Shown piece after piece: positions 1-7,836 of a stretch of DNA of 32,535 bases. The translations under genes were made by a program, and so were the position numbers. Under the pieces are notes generated by a model. That model saw only the letters and a list, made by a program, of their open reading frames with translations, was not told the DNA's origin and ran no database searches. Location: positions 1 to 32,535 of the forward strand of contig PXDE01000222.1 of assembly GCA_003566475.1 (NCBI GenBank). Reading direction: 5' to 3'. Position 1 is the stretch's first letter. Each line of letters opens with the position of its first letter. This DNA is from PVC group bacterium. Its GTDB lineage: Bacteria > Verrucomicrobiota > Kiritimatiellia > SS1-B-03-39 > PXDE01.

Positions 1-861
1 CGGGATCTGCTCCTGTCCTTCACCGAGCCCTGGTTCCTCGACCGCCAGCTCGCCCTCGGCGTGGACCTGTTCCAGAACGACCGGCGGTTCCTGTCCGACG
101 ACTATAGCCAGCGCAACACCGGGGGCTCGGTGAGCCTGTCCCGCCCCCTCTGGGGACCGTTCCGGGGAAGGCTGGAGTACACCTTGCAGGAGATCGTCGT
201 CCGCAACGTGGCCGAGGACGCCTCCGAACTCATCCGGCTGGAGGAGGGCTCCCAGCTCAAGAGCTCCCTCGCCTTCTCCGTCATCACCGACTCCCGGGAC
301 AGCGTGTTCTTCCCCACCCGGGGCCAGCGGACCGTGGTCACGGCCACCGTGGCCGGGGGGGCCCTCGGCGGCGATACGGACAATATTGAACTTCGGGCCC
401 GCCATGCGGTCTATATCCCCTTGTGGATGCGACATGTGCTCATGTTCCGCGGCGAGGCCATCACGGTCGAGCCCTACGGCCGGGCCGACCGGGTGCCCAT
501 CTTCGACCGGGTGTTCCTGGGCGGCAGCGGCACCATCCGGGGGTTCAACTTCCGGGACGTCGGCCCCAAGGACGAGCGGGGCGAGCCGATCGGCGGCCAG
601 ACCGGGGCCTACGCCACCGCCGAGTACTCGGTGCCGCTGGGGGGGCCCTTCCGGCTGGCCGGGTTCTACGACACCGGCATGGTCTGGGATCAGGCCTACT
701 CCATGGATCTCAGCGATCTCAACTCCGGCTACGGCCTGGGCATCCGGGTGGACATCCCCCAGTTCCCCATCCGCATCGACTACGCCTGGCAGGCCGAGAG
801 CGACGAGTTCAACGAAAGATCTTCCGGCAAAGTCCATTTCATGATTGGCTACCAATTCTGA
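1..861 (+). CDS. bamA: BamA/Omp85 outer-membrane protein assembly factor, C-terminal barrel (5' end outside window)
   Basis: Frame 1 is open from nt 1 (RDLLLSFTEPWFLDRQLALGVDLF...). Barrel strands ...GYGLGIRVDIPQFPIRIDYAW... end in an aromatic C-terminus MIGYQF*. Followed by skp and lpxD, as in the canonical bamA-skp-lpxD cluster. Confidence 0.88.
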   Translation, partial: RDLLLSFTEPWFLDRQLALGVDLFQNDRRFLSDDYSQRNTGGSVSLSRPLWGPFRGRLEYTLQEIVVRNVAEDASELIRLEEGSQLKSSLAFSVITDSRDSVFFPTRGQRTVVTATVAGGALGGDTDNIELRARHAVYIPLWMRHVLMFRGEAITVEPYGRADRVPIFDRVFLGGSGTIRGFNFRDVGPKDERGEPIGGQTGAYATAEYSVPLGGPFRLAGFYDTGMVWDQAYSMDLSDLNSGYGLGIRVDIPQFPIRIDYAWQAESDEFNERSSGKVHFMIGYQF

Positions 862-910
862 CCGCGCCCGGTTCCGGGCCGATCCGACCCCATAAGGAGC
901 ACACCCCGCC

Positions 911-1498
911 ATGAAACGTCTCGCCCTCCTCGCCCTCCCCGCGCTGCTGGTCGCCGCCAGCGCCGCCCCCGCCGCCGCCCAGTCCGCCGGGCGCACCGGC
1001 TACGTCCGCCTCGAACACCTGTTCCGCGAGTACTACAAGACCAAACTCGCCGACGCCCAGCTCCGCGAGCAGGTCGAGGAGATCCGGACCGAGCGCGAGG
1101 GCCTCGTCCGCGACTTCGAGGGCCTGCAGACCCGGTTCAACGAGGCCCGTCAGCAGGCCGCCCAGATCGAGCTCTCCCAGGAGGTCCGCGACCAGAAGCG
1201 GACCGAGGCCGAGACCCTGCTCGGCGAGATCCGCGCCTTCCAGGAGCGTATGCAGGGCTACGACCAGGAGAAGCAGCAGGCCATCAACGAGCAGCGCCTG
1301 CGCATGCGCAACCGGCTCCTCGGCGAGATCCAGGAGCACATCCGCGACTACGCCCGACGCAACGGGTTCTCCGCCGTCATCGACGCCTCCGCCCGCGCCG
1401 CCAACGGGGTGGAGATCTACCAGTATTTCGATCCCGGCGCGGACATCACCGAACAGATGCTCGATATCCTGAACCGGGGCCAGGCCGGCGGCCGCTGA
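911..1498 (+). CDS. skp: OmpH/Skp periplasmic chaperone
   Basis: Signal peptide [24 protein letters not shown], then a long Q/E/R-rich coiled-coil region. AAGGAG lies ~12 nt upstream of the ATG. Sits between bamA and lpxD. Confidence 0.85.
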   Translation: MKRLALLALPALLVAASAAPAAAQSAGRTGYVRLEHLFREYYKTKLADAQLREQVEEIRTEREGLVRDFEGLQTRFNEARQQAAQIELSQEVRDQKRTEAETLLGEIRAFQERMQGYDQEKQQAINEQRLRMRNRLLGEIQEHIRDYARRNGFSAVIDASARAANGVEIYQYFDPGADITEQMLDILNRGQAGGR

Positions 1499-1505
1499 GC
1501 CCTCC

Positions 1506-2558
1506 GTGACCGCCGCCATGGTGATACGGCTGGCCGATCTGGCCGGCCGGGTCGGCGCCGACCTCCGGGGCGACGGCGATCTCGAGATCACCGGAGTCAA
1601 CGGCCTTCGGGAGGCCCGGGCCGGCGACCTCTCGTTCCTGGCCAACCCCAGGTACCGTCCCCTCGTCGCGGCCACCCGCGCGTCGGCGGTCATCGTGGCC
1701 CGGGATTTCGAGGGCGACGCCCCCTGCGCCCTGCTGGTGGCCGACCACCCCGACGCCGCCTTCGCCCGGGCCTCCGAGGCCTTCGCCCGGCCCGAGCCCC
1801 CCCTGCCGCCCGAAGGGGTCCATCCGTCGGCGGTGGTCGATCCCAGCGCCACGGTGGCCGCCGGGGCCCGGGTCGGGCCCGGCTGCGTGGTCGAGGCGGG
1901 GGCGGTGATCGGCGAAGGGACGGTCCTGCGGGCTCAGGTCTACGTCGGGCACGAGGCCGTCGTCGGGCCGGCCTGCCTGCTCCATCCCCAGGTCGTGATC
2001 CGCGAGCATTGCCGGCTCGGGGCCCGGGTCATCCTCCATCCCGGGGTGGTCATTGGCTCCGACGGGTTTGGCTACACCGCCGACGACAGGGGCGTGCGGA
2101 CCAAGGTCCCGCAGCGCGGGATCGTGGACATCGGCGACGACGTCGAGATCGGGGCCGGGACCACCGTGGACCGGGCCCGCTTCGGGGCCACCCGGATCCT
2201 GCGCGGGGCCAAGATCGACAATCTGGTGCAGATCGCCCACAACGTGGTGATCGGCGAGGACGCGGTGATCGTGGCCCAGGCCGGCATCGCAGGCAGCACC
2301 GTCCTGGGCTCCCGGGTGATCATGGCCGCCCAGTCCGGGGTGGCCGGGCATCTCGAGGTGGGCGACGACTCCGTGGTCATGGCCCGGGGCGGCGTGATCA
2401 AGGACATCCCGCCCAAGTCCCAGGTTATGGGCTTCCCCGCCGTCCCTCAGAAGGAGGCCAAGCGGGCCATGGTCGCGGCCGCCCGCCTGCCCGAGATGCG
2501 GGAGGCCCTCCAGGATCTCCGCCGCCGCGTCGAGGCCCTGGAGCCATCCCGCGGCTGA
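1506..2558 (+). CDS. lpxD: UDP-3-O-acylglucosamine N-acyltransferase
   Basis: LpxD N-terminal domain ([26 protein letters not shown]) followed by left-handed beta-helix hexapeptide repeats. The start is either GTG 1506 or ATG 1518; I cannot resolve which. Confidence 0.88.
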   Translation: MTAAMVIRLADLAGRVGADLRGDGDLEITGVNGLREARAGDLSFLANPRYRPLVAATRASAVIVARDFEGDAPCALLVADHPDAAFARASEAFARPEPPLPPEGVHPSAVVDPSATVAAGARVGPGCVVEAGAVIGEGTVLRAQVYVGHEAVVGPACLLHPQVVIREHCRLGARVILHPGVVIGSDGFGYTADDRGVRTKVPQRGIVDIGDDVEIGAGTTVDRARFGATRILRGAKIDNLVQIAHNVVIGEDAVIVAQAGIAGSTVLGSRVIMAAQSGVAGHLEVGDDSVVMARGGVIKDIPPKSQVMGFPAVPQKEAKRAMVAAARLPEMREALQDLRRRVEALEPSRG

Positions 2559-2687
2559 TCCCCGGATAGGAGCGCCCGTCCGACCTCCGCATGGTGGGCC
2601 ACATTCTCACCTTCGCGACCACCCTTCCGGACGGCCGCCAGAGGTTCGGGATGTTCGCCCCGGCCGTGGCTCCCGAGCCGGAATGTC

Positions 2688-4250
2688 TCAGGAAGGGCTG
2701 GGGATGGCGGGCCCGGGCGGCGGGGAGAAGCCGCCGTGGTCGTCGTCGGAGTCGCCCGGGGTGGGCGGGTGGTACTGGGTCTCATGGCGGTCCGAGCGGA
2801 TACGGATCCACGCGCGGAGGCAGAGGTTGAGCCCGAGGGCAAGGGTCAGGCCGATCCAGCTCAGGTGCAGCAGCAGCATGGCCACTCCGGCGGCGGCGGC
2901 CATGGCGAGGAACCCGCCCCCGAACCAGCTTGTGACCACCCAGATGGCCCGGCCGATCTTGAGGTCGCCGTCGCCCCGGGCCAGGGTGCGGTCGCCCATG
3001 CCGGTGGCGATGACGGCGGCGAAGGTGACGTAGGTGGTGGACACGGGCAGGCCCTCGCTGGAGGCGAAGGCGATGACGCTGGCGCTGACCGCCATGATGA
3101 CCGAGGCCCGGAGGGGGTCGAAGTGGAGGCGCTTTCCATGGGGATCGCGCTCCGGGGGCGGGGCGAGTTCGGGGCCGGGCTCGCGGTGGCGGAGGACCCA
3201 GCGGGCGAGGCGCCGGCACCAGCCGGGGGCGTAGAGGGCGATGTGGTCGAACTGGCTGCCGGTGTTGACGGCCGCCCGGGTCACCCGCTGGGCGCTGCGG
3301 GTGGTCATGCCCAGCACCATGAGGAGTCCGCAGGCGGCCAGGGCCCACACCGAGATGGGCACCTGGGTGGCCGCGTCCACCGACACGTCGGGATGTCTCC
3401 AGAGCCAGAAGGCGGACAGGCCGGGGGAGGCCGCGTTGGCGAGGTCGTTCTGCCCGAAGGCGAAGGACAGGCAGAGCATGCCCAGGATGGTGCAGGCCCC
3501 GAACAGGTGCCGGGTGCCCCGCTCGCCGAGGATGGCCAGCACCATATGGATGGCGAAGGTGAATCCCGCCCAGGCCACCATCAGGAACATGATGGTGCGG
3601 TTGGGCGTGTCGATGAACTCGCTGAGCTGCCGCACCCCGGGGACCGCGCTCATGCCCTTGAGCACCATGAACCAGGCCAGCCAGGTGAGCATGAGCCCGG
3701 CCACCCAGGGCCCGTGGAGCACCACCCGCAGATGGTCGCGGTGGTCGTCCTGGATGGCGGCCCGGAACATCCGCTGGACCAGGAAGCCCGCCACCCCGGC
3801 CAGGAAGATGGACATGACGATGGCGGCCAGCACGTTGCCCACCCGGGGCCAGTGGACAATGCCCAGCGACAGCGACACCCCGATGGCCGCGCCCACCAGC
3901 TCGAACACCAGCGAGGCCGTGGTGCTGATGGGCATCCCGTAGGCGGAGAAGGTGTAGAGCAGGGCGGTGTCCACGATGTAGGCGGTGATGTACACCACCA
4001 TGGCCGCCCGGAGGTCGAGCTGGCCGGGGTCGAAGATCCCGCTGCGGGCGGTCTCCATCACCGGGGTGGCCAGGCTGGCCCCGGCCAGCACGGCCGCCCC
4101 GGCCAGCCACACCGCCGCCCGGCGGGTCATCACCCGCGCCCCGAACACCGCGTTGACCAGGTTGGCCGCGTCGTTGCGGCCCACTTCCACGCAATCCCAG
4201 ACCAGCATGCCCAGGCTGACCACAACCAGGACGGTTAAGAAGGCATCCAT
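2688..4250 (-). CDS. Inorganic phosphate transporter, PiT (PHO4) family
   Basis: Polytopic membrane protein with two PiT signature-like motifs (GRNDAANLVNAVFGA and FGQNDLANAASPG). I place the start at ATG 4250 (MDAFLTVLVVV...) rather than at the upstream ORF-track Met at 4499. Confidence 0.85.
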   Translation of the reverse strand: MDAFLTVLVVVSLGMLVWDCVEVGRNDAANLVNAVFGARVMTRRAAVWLAGAAVLAGASLATPVMETARSGIFDPGQLDLRAAMVVYITAYIVDTALLYTFSAYGMPISTTASLVFELVGAAIGVSLSLGIVHWPRVGNVLAAIVMSIFLAGVAGFLVQRMFRAAIQDDHRDHLRVVLHGPWVAGLMLTWLAWFMVLKGMSAVPGVRQLSEFIDTPNRTIMFLMVAWAGFTFAIHMVLAILGERGTRHLFGACTILGMLCLSFAFGQNDLANAASPGLSAFWLWRHPDVSVDAATQVPISVWALAACGLLMVLGMTTRSAQRVTRAAVNTGSQFDHIALYAPGWCRRLARWVLRHREPGPELAPPPERDPHGKRLHFDPLRASVIMAVSASVIAFASSEGLPVSTTYVTFAAVIATGMGDRTLARGDGDLKIGRAIWVVTSWFGGGFLAMAAAAGVAMLLLHLSWIGLTLALGLNLCLRAWIRIRSDRHETQYHPPTPGDSDDDHGGFSPPPGPAIPSPS

Positions 4251-4269
4251 GCCGCGCGCTCTCCTCAAG

Positions 4270-4605
4270 ATGGAAATCCGAGGGTGCATCATGCCCGGAT
4301 TTCGCGCCCGACCCAAGCCTGCGTTAGGGAACCGTGAGAATCGGGTTCGGCCACGGCCCCAGGAGGTGCTGAACCTCTCCCATCTGAGGGTGTGGGCCCC
4401 GTCGGCCGAGTACATGCTGGCCATGAAATGCGTCTCCGCCCGCTTCGATTCCCATGACGCCGACGATGTGGCGTTCCTGCTCCGACACCTCGGGATCACC
4501 CGCCCCGACGACGCCTTCCGGATCGTCGAGGCCTACTACCCCCATCGCGCCATCCCGCCCAAATCCCGGTTCCTCATTGAAGAGGTTCTGGGCGGTGAAG
4601 GCTGA
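4270..4605 (+). pseudogene. C-terminal fragment of an AbiEii/DUF6036-like nucleotidyltransferase-fold protein
   Basis: Only the last ~80 codons look like real protein: ...VWAPSAEYMLAMKCVSARFDSHDADDVAFLLRHLGITRPDDAFRIVEAYYPHRAIPPKSRFLIEEVL. This resembles the C-terminal helical part of AbiEii/DUF6036 proteins, recalled from memory. The N-terminal catalytic part is missing, and the upstream part of the ORF is antisense to the PiT gene. Confidence 0.4.
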
Positions 4606-4608
4606 GGC

Positions 4609-4653
4609 GGTCGAGTCGGTGTCTGTAGACGAGGCGTGGTTCTCTCGGGTCTG
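4609..4653 (+). repeat. Diverged copy of the last 15 codons of the Mrr gene (39/45 nt identical to 5958-6002)
   Basis: Direct nucleotide comparison. It encodes VESVSVDEAWFSRV versus VESVSVDEGWFSRV in Mrr. Four mismatches are synonymous third-position changes. Confidence 0.85.
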
Positions 4654-4733
4654 CTCTGAGACACCGTTGAACGCTATGCCATTCAAGCATCTGAGAATGA
4701 AAGGGTTGTGTCGATTCAGGCGCTCCTCGCTCC

Positions 4734-4932
4734 GACCCCGCCTCCGGCGGAAGCCAAAGCGGCGTGGCGGTCGGCAGACCTCCCTTCCCGCCGCAGTCCA
4801 TGGGGGGGCGCGTCCGCCCGACGGGCCACCGGCTTTGGACTGCGGTGGCATGGGCGACCCAAGGCGCCGACGTTCACCGCTTACCCTCCAAGCCCATCAG
4901 ACCGCATGGTCTTCTCACCCCGTGCGACACCG
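4734..4932 (+). repeat. Dispersed repeat family B, copy 1 (GACCCCGCCTCCGGCG ... hairpin ... TCTCACCCCGTGCGACACCG)
   Basis: Shares its ends and a central hairpin with 10120-10283. The hairpin stem is CCGCAGTCC 4791-4799 / GGACTGCGG 4837-4845, followed by TGGCATGGG. Confidence 0.8.
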
Positions 4933-5123
4933 TCCCGAGACCGCGTTTCCCTCGCCAGAGGGATCACGCGGCCTTGGCTTCCGCCCGGCTTCGCAGAGCT
5001 ACGCCGCGACAGGCCGGAGGCGAATCTGGCCCTTGCCCGGCCGAGCGCACCATGCCAACCTTGCGCCACGAATCGGCGCGACCATTCGGCCGCCAGATTA
5101 CGCGCCCGCCGGAGGAGACCATA

Positions 5124-6002
5124 ATGACCAAGCCCGTCATGCCAAAGTACGCCCACTTCTACCTCCCGGTGCTTCATGCCCTGAGGGAAATCGGTGGTTC
5201 GGGGACAATCGCCGAGATCAACCAGCGGGTTCTTGAACGGATGGATCTGCCGGAAGAAATCCTTGGCCAGATGCACGACCCCGAGAAGAGCAACTATACC
5301 GAGGTCGAATATCGGCTCGCCTGGACGCGGACCAACTTGCGTTTCGCGGGACTGCTGGAGAACTCGTCCAGAGGCGTCTGGGCCCTGACGAAGGCCGCGA
5401 CGGAGGAGATGGACTCGCTTGACGTGGGCGAGATTCGCCGCCGTCGGGATGAGGCGGTGAAGACCGTGCAGCGGCAGAAGGCGCGGGCGAAGCGCGAAGA
5501 ACCCGAAGGCGAAGACGAAGGCGAAGTGGACGATAACGACGACTGGCGGGCGAAGCTCTTCCAGATTCTGACCAAGAACCTCGATCCCTCCGCGTTCGAG
5601 CGGCTGATCCAGCGTCTCCTCCGCGAGGCGGGCTTCATCCAGGTCGAGGTCACGGGACGCAGCGGGGATGGCGGTATCGACGGAAAGGGGATCGCCCGCA
5701 TCCATGGACTCATGAGCTTCCATGTCGTTTTCCAGGCCAAGCGCTATCAGGGGGTGGTCTCGGCATCGCAGATTCGCGACTTCCGGGGAGCGATGGTCGG
5801 CCGCACGGACAAGGGGCTGTTCATTACGACGGGCCGCTTCTCCGCCGATGCCCAGGCGGAGGCCACGCGTGATGGTGCGCCGCCGATCGACCTGATCAGC
5901 GGAGACGGGCTGGCGGAAAAGTTGAAGGAGCTTCGCCTGGGCGTGACGGTCGAAATGGTCGAGTCGGTCTCCGTGGACGAGGGTTGGTTCTCCCGGGTCT
6001 GA
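5124..6002 (+). CDS. mrr: Mrr-family type IV restriction endonuclease (Mrr_N winged helix + Mrr catalytic domain)
   Basis: N-terminus MPKYAHFYLPVLHALREIGGSGTIAEINQRV... (Mrr_N-like), acidic linker, then the nuclease core ...EVTGRSGDGGIDGKG...VVFQAKRYQGVVSASQIRDFRGAM...GLFITTGRFS. GGAGGAG lies 7 nt upstream of ATG 5124. The longer ORF from 4764 runs through repeat DNA. Confidence 0.85.
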   Translation: MTKPVMPKYAHFYLPVLHALREIGGSGTIAEINQRVLERMDLPEEILGQMHDPEKSNYTEVEYRLAWTRTNLRFAGLLENSSRGVWALTKAATEEMDSLDVGEIRRRRDEAVKTVQRQKARAKREEPEGEDEGEVDDNDDWRAKLFQILTKNLDPSAFERLIQRLLREAGFIQVEVTGRSGDGGIDGKGIARIHGLMSFHVVFQAKRYQGVVSASQIRDFRGAMVGRTDKGLFITTGRFSADAQAEATRDGAPPIDLISGDGLAEKLKELRLGVTVEMVESVSVDEGWFSRV

Positions 6003-6077
6003 TCCTGGATCCGCCGGTTGAATTTGGCCCGAGCGGCTGCGACCCCTCCGGGGTCCATCCCATTTGCGGCCCAGAAC

Positions 6078-6200
6078 CCGGGGGTGTCGCTCCGCTTACC
6101 CCCGGCTAATGGCTGGCACCCCTGCGGGGTGACGAGGACTCATGCGACCCCGGAGGGGTCGAAGCAATTAGCCGGGGGTCGAGCAACGCGACACCCCCGG
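6078..6200. repeat. ~123-nt imperfect palindromic element with nested hairpins
   Basis: Left arm 6078-6110 (CCGGGGGTGTCGCTCCGCTTACCCCCGGCTAAT) is the near reverse complement of right arm 6167-6200 (ATTAGCCGGGGGTCGAGCAACGCGACACCCCCGG). This includes a perfect 12-bp pairing, CCCCCGGCTAAT/ATTAGCCGGGGG. The centre holds two mini-hairpins, CACCCCTGCGGGGTG and GACCCCGGAGGGGTC. Confidence 0.8.
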
Positions 6201-6246
6201 AACCCGGATTCTTCCTTTGAAGTCCGACCCTGGAGGGGTCGAAGCA
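6146..6246 (+). repeat. Two direct copies of the 21-mer GACCC(C/T)GGAGGGGTCGAAGCA, 80 nt apart
   Basis: 6146-6166 and 6226-6246 differ at one position. Each contains a 6-bp stem / 3-nt loop hairpin. Confidence 0.8.
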
Positions 6247-6297
6247 GGTCTGGTCCTTGGTCGCAGCATCCGTTTGTCCTCGGCCGCGGAATCCCCC

Positions 6298-7701
6298 CTA
6301 CCGCCCCAGATCCCGCTCCGGCAGCTCGAACGCGTCGCCGGTCTCCTCGATCCACTTCCGCAGCCGGTCGTGCAGGCGGGCCCGCTGGGGCTGGAACACG
6401 GTGTCGTGGGCGAGGTTGGCCAGCTCGTAGGGGTCGTCGTTGAGGTTGTGGAGGAGCAGGTCGTTGCCGGGGGTGCAGACGTACTTCCACCCGTCGCGGG
6501 TCACCACCCCCCGCCAGGTCTGGTTGATGCTGTGGGCGTGGTACTTGCGCGGGATCTGCTGGAGGAAGGCGGAATCGGGCTCGGCGGCGGGGTGGGGCTC
6601 GCCATGGTAGGCGGGATCTTCTTTCCGGATGCAATGGGGGGAGTAGTCGTGGCCGACCATGCCTTCCGGCCTGGGGATTCCGCAGAGCCCGAGGGTGGTC
6701 GGCGCGATATCCACATGGTTGATCACCGCGTCGTTCCGGCCCGCCCGCAGATTCGCCCCGCCCCCGACCCGGGCCACGATGAAGGGAATGCGGATGGCCT
6801 CCTCCCAGGGGCACGATTTCTCCCACTGGGCGTGGCTGCCCAGCATGTCGCCGTGGTCGGAGAAGAAGACGAGGTAGGTCTCGCGGTCGATGCCGAGCCG
6901 CTTCAGGGCCTGGCGGATGCGCCCCACATTCCAGTCGAGGTTCTCGATCATGCCGTAGTAGCCGTCGAGGTCGAGGGCGGCCTTCTCCCGCACCCAGGCC
7001 ACCGGGGGGACGTTGGGGCGGAACTGGATGTCGGCGGGACGCCGGGGCGGCACCGGGTACGCGGGGTTGGTGGGCGGCACATAGGGACTGTGCGGAGGCT
7101 GCACGGAGAGGCAGGCGAAGAACGGGGCGTACTCGCCGTCCGGCCCGGGCTTCCGCACGTGGCCCTCCAGGTGACCGAGCAGAAGGTCGGTCAGGGAGTC
7201 GGTCTCGTACCCTTCGAGCCGGACCGGCGTCTCCTGGCCGGTGCCGTACACGAAGCACTCGTCCTGGTTGTTGTTGTTCTCGTAGCCGATCCAGTGGTCG
7301 AACCCGCCGCGCCGTTCCGGCGGGATGTAGTGCTCCCGGCGGTTCGACCCGTCCACATGCCACTTGCCGATCCACGCGGTGTGGTAGCCGGCCTCCCGGA
7401 ACGGGGTGGCCAGGGTGGGGATGGCGGGATCGAGCGCGGACGGGGTGCGGCTGACCCCGGTCTGGTGGGGGTAGCGTCCCGTGAGCATGGCCGCCCGGAA
7501 GGGGGTGCACCAGGGCGCCCCGGCCACCGCGCCGTCGAACCGCTGCCCGTGGCGGGCCAGGTTGTCGAGGTTGGGGGTGCGGACGTTGGGGTCGCCCCGG
7601 TGGCCCATGGCCTGGGCCCGCATCTGGTCGCACAGGATCCAGAGAACGTTGGGGCGGCGGTGCGAGCGGAGGTCGAGCGGGGCCGAGTCCATGCTCAGCA
7701 T
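6298..7701 (-). CDS. Formylglycine-dependent sulfatase (arylsulfatase family)
   Basis: RPNVLWILCDQMRAQAMG...APWCTPFRAAMLTGRYPHQTG carries the C-x-P-x-R sulfatase signature, followed by a typical sulfatase core. Start chosen at ATG 7701 (MLSMDS...); the upstream Met at 7767 lies inside a hairpin repeat. Confidence 0.85.
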   Translation of the reverse strand: MLSMDSAPLDLRSHRRPNVLWILCDQMRAQAMGHRGDPNVRTPNLDNLARHGQRFDGAVAGAPWCTPFRAAMLTGRYPHQTGVSRTPSALDPAIPTLATPFREAGYHTAWIGKWHVDGSNRREHYIPPERRGGFDHWIGYENNNNQDECFVYGTGQETPVRLEGYETDSLTDLLLGHLEGHVRKPGPDGEYAPFFACLSVQPPHSPYVPPTNPAYPVPPRRPADIQFRPNVPPVAWVREKAALDLDGYYGMIENLDWNVGRIRQALKRLGIDRETYLVFFSDHGDMLGSHAQWEKSCPWEEAIRIPFIVARVGGGANLRAGRNDAVINHVDIAPTTLGLCGIPRPEGMVGHDYSPHCIRKEDPAYHGEPHPAAEPDSAFLQQIPRKYHAHSINQTWRGVVTRDGWKYVCTPGNDLLLHNLNDDPYELANLAHDTVFQPQRARLHDRLRKWIEETGDAFELPERDLGR

Positions 7702-7749
7702 CCTACCCCGAACCCGGCACCCCTGCCCAGCCTGGGCAGGACGCTCGAG

Positions 7750-7824
7750 AAAAGGGGTCAGGAGCATTTAAATGCTTGTATTTCCGCCAGAAAAAGGCGA
7801 ATAAAAAGGCTCCTGACCCCTTTT
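7750..7824. repeat. 16-bp perfect inverted repeat with a 43-nt AT-rich loop, directly upstream of the RAYT gene
   Basis: AAAAGGGGTCAGGAGC (7750-7765) pairs with GCTCCTGACCCCTTTT (7809-7824). The loop contains CATTTAAATG and is by far the most AT-rich stretch in the window. Confidence 0.85.
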
Positions 7825-7836
7825 TACGAGTTGCCC

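Noticed and set aside
2736-4238. 500-aa plus-strand and 470-aa minus-strand ORFs within the PiT gene
   Set aside because: They are shadow frames of the PiT transporter gene with G/H/P/R-rich composition and no motifs.
4764-5123. N-terminal 120-codon extension of the Mrr ORF
   Set aside because: This part runs through dispersed repeat family B and has Pro/Arg-rich composition. A good Shine-Dalgarno sequence (GGAGGAG) precedes ATG 5124, where the Mrr_N similarity begins.
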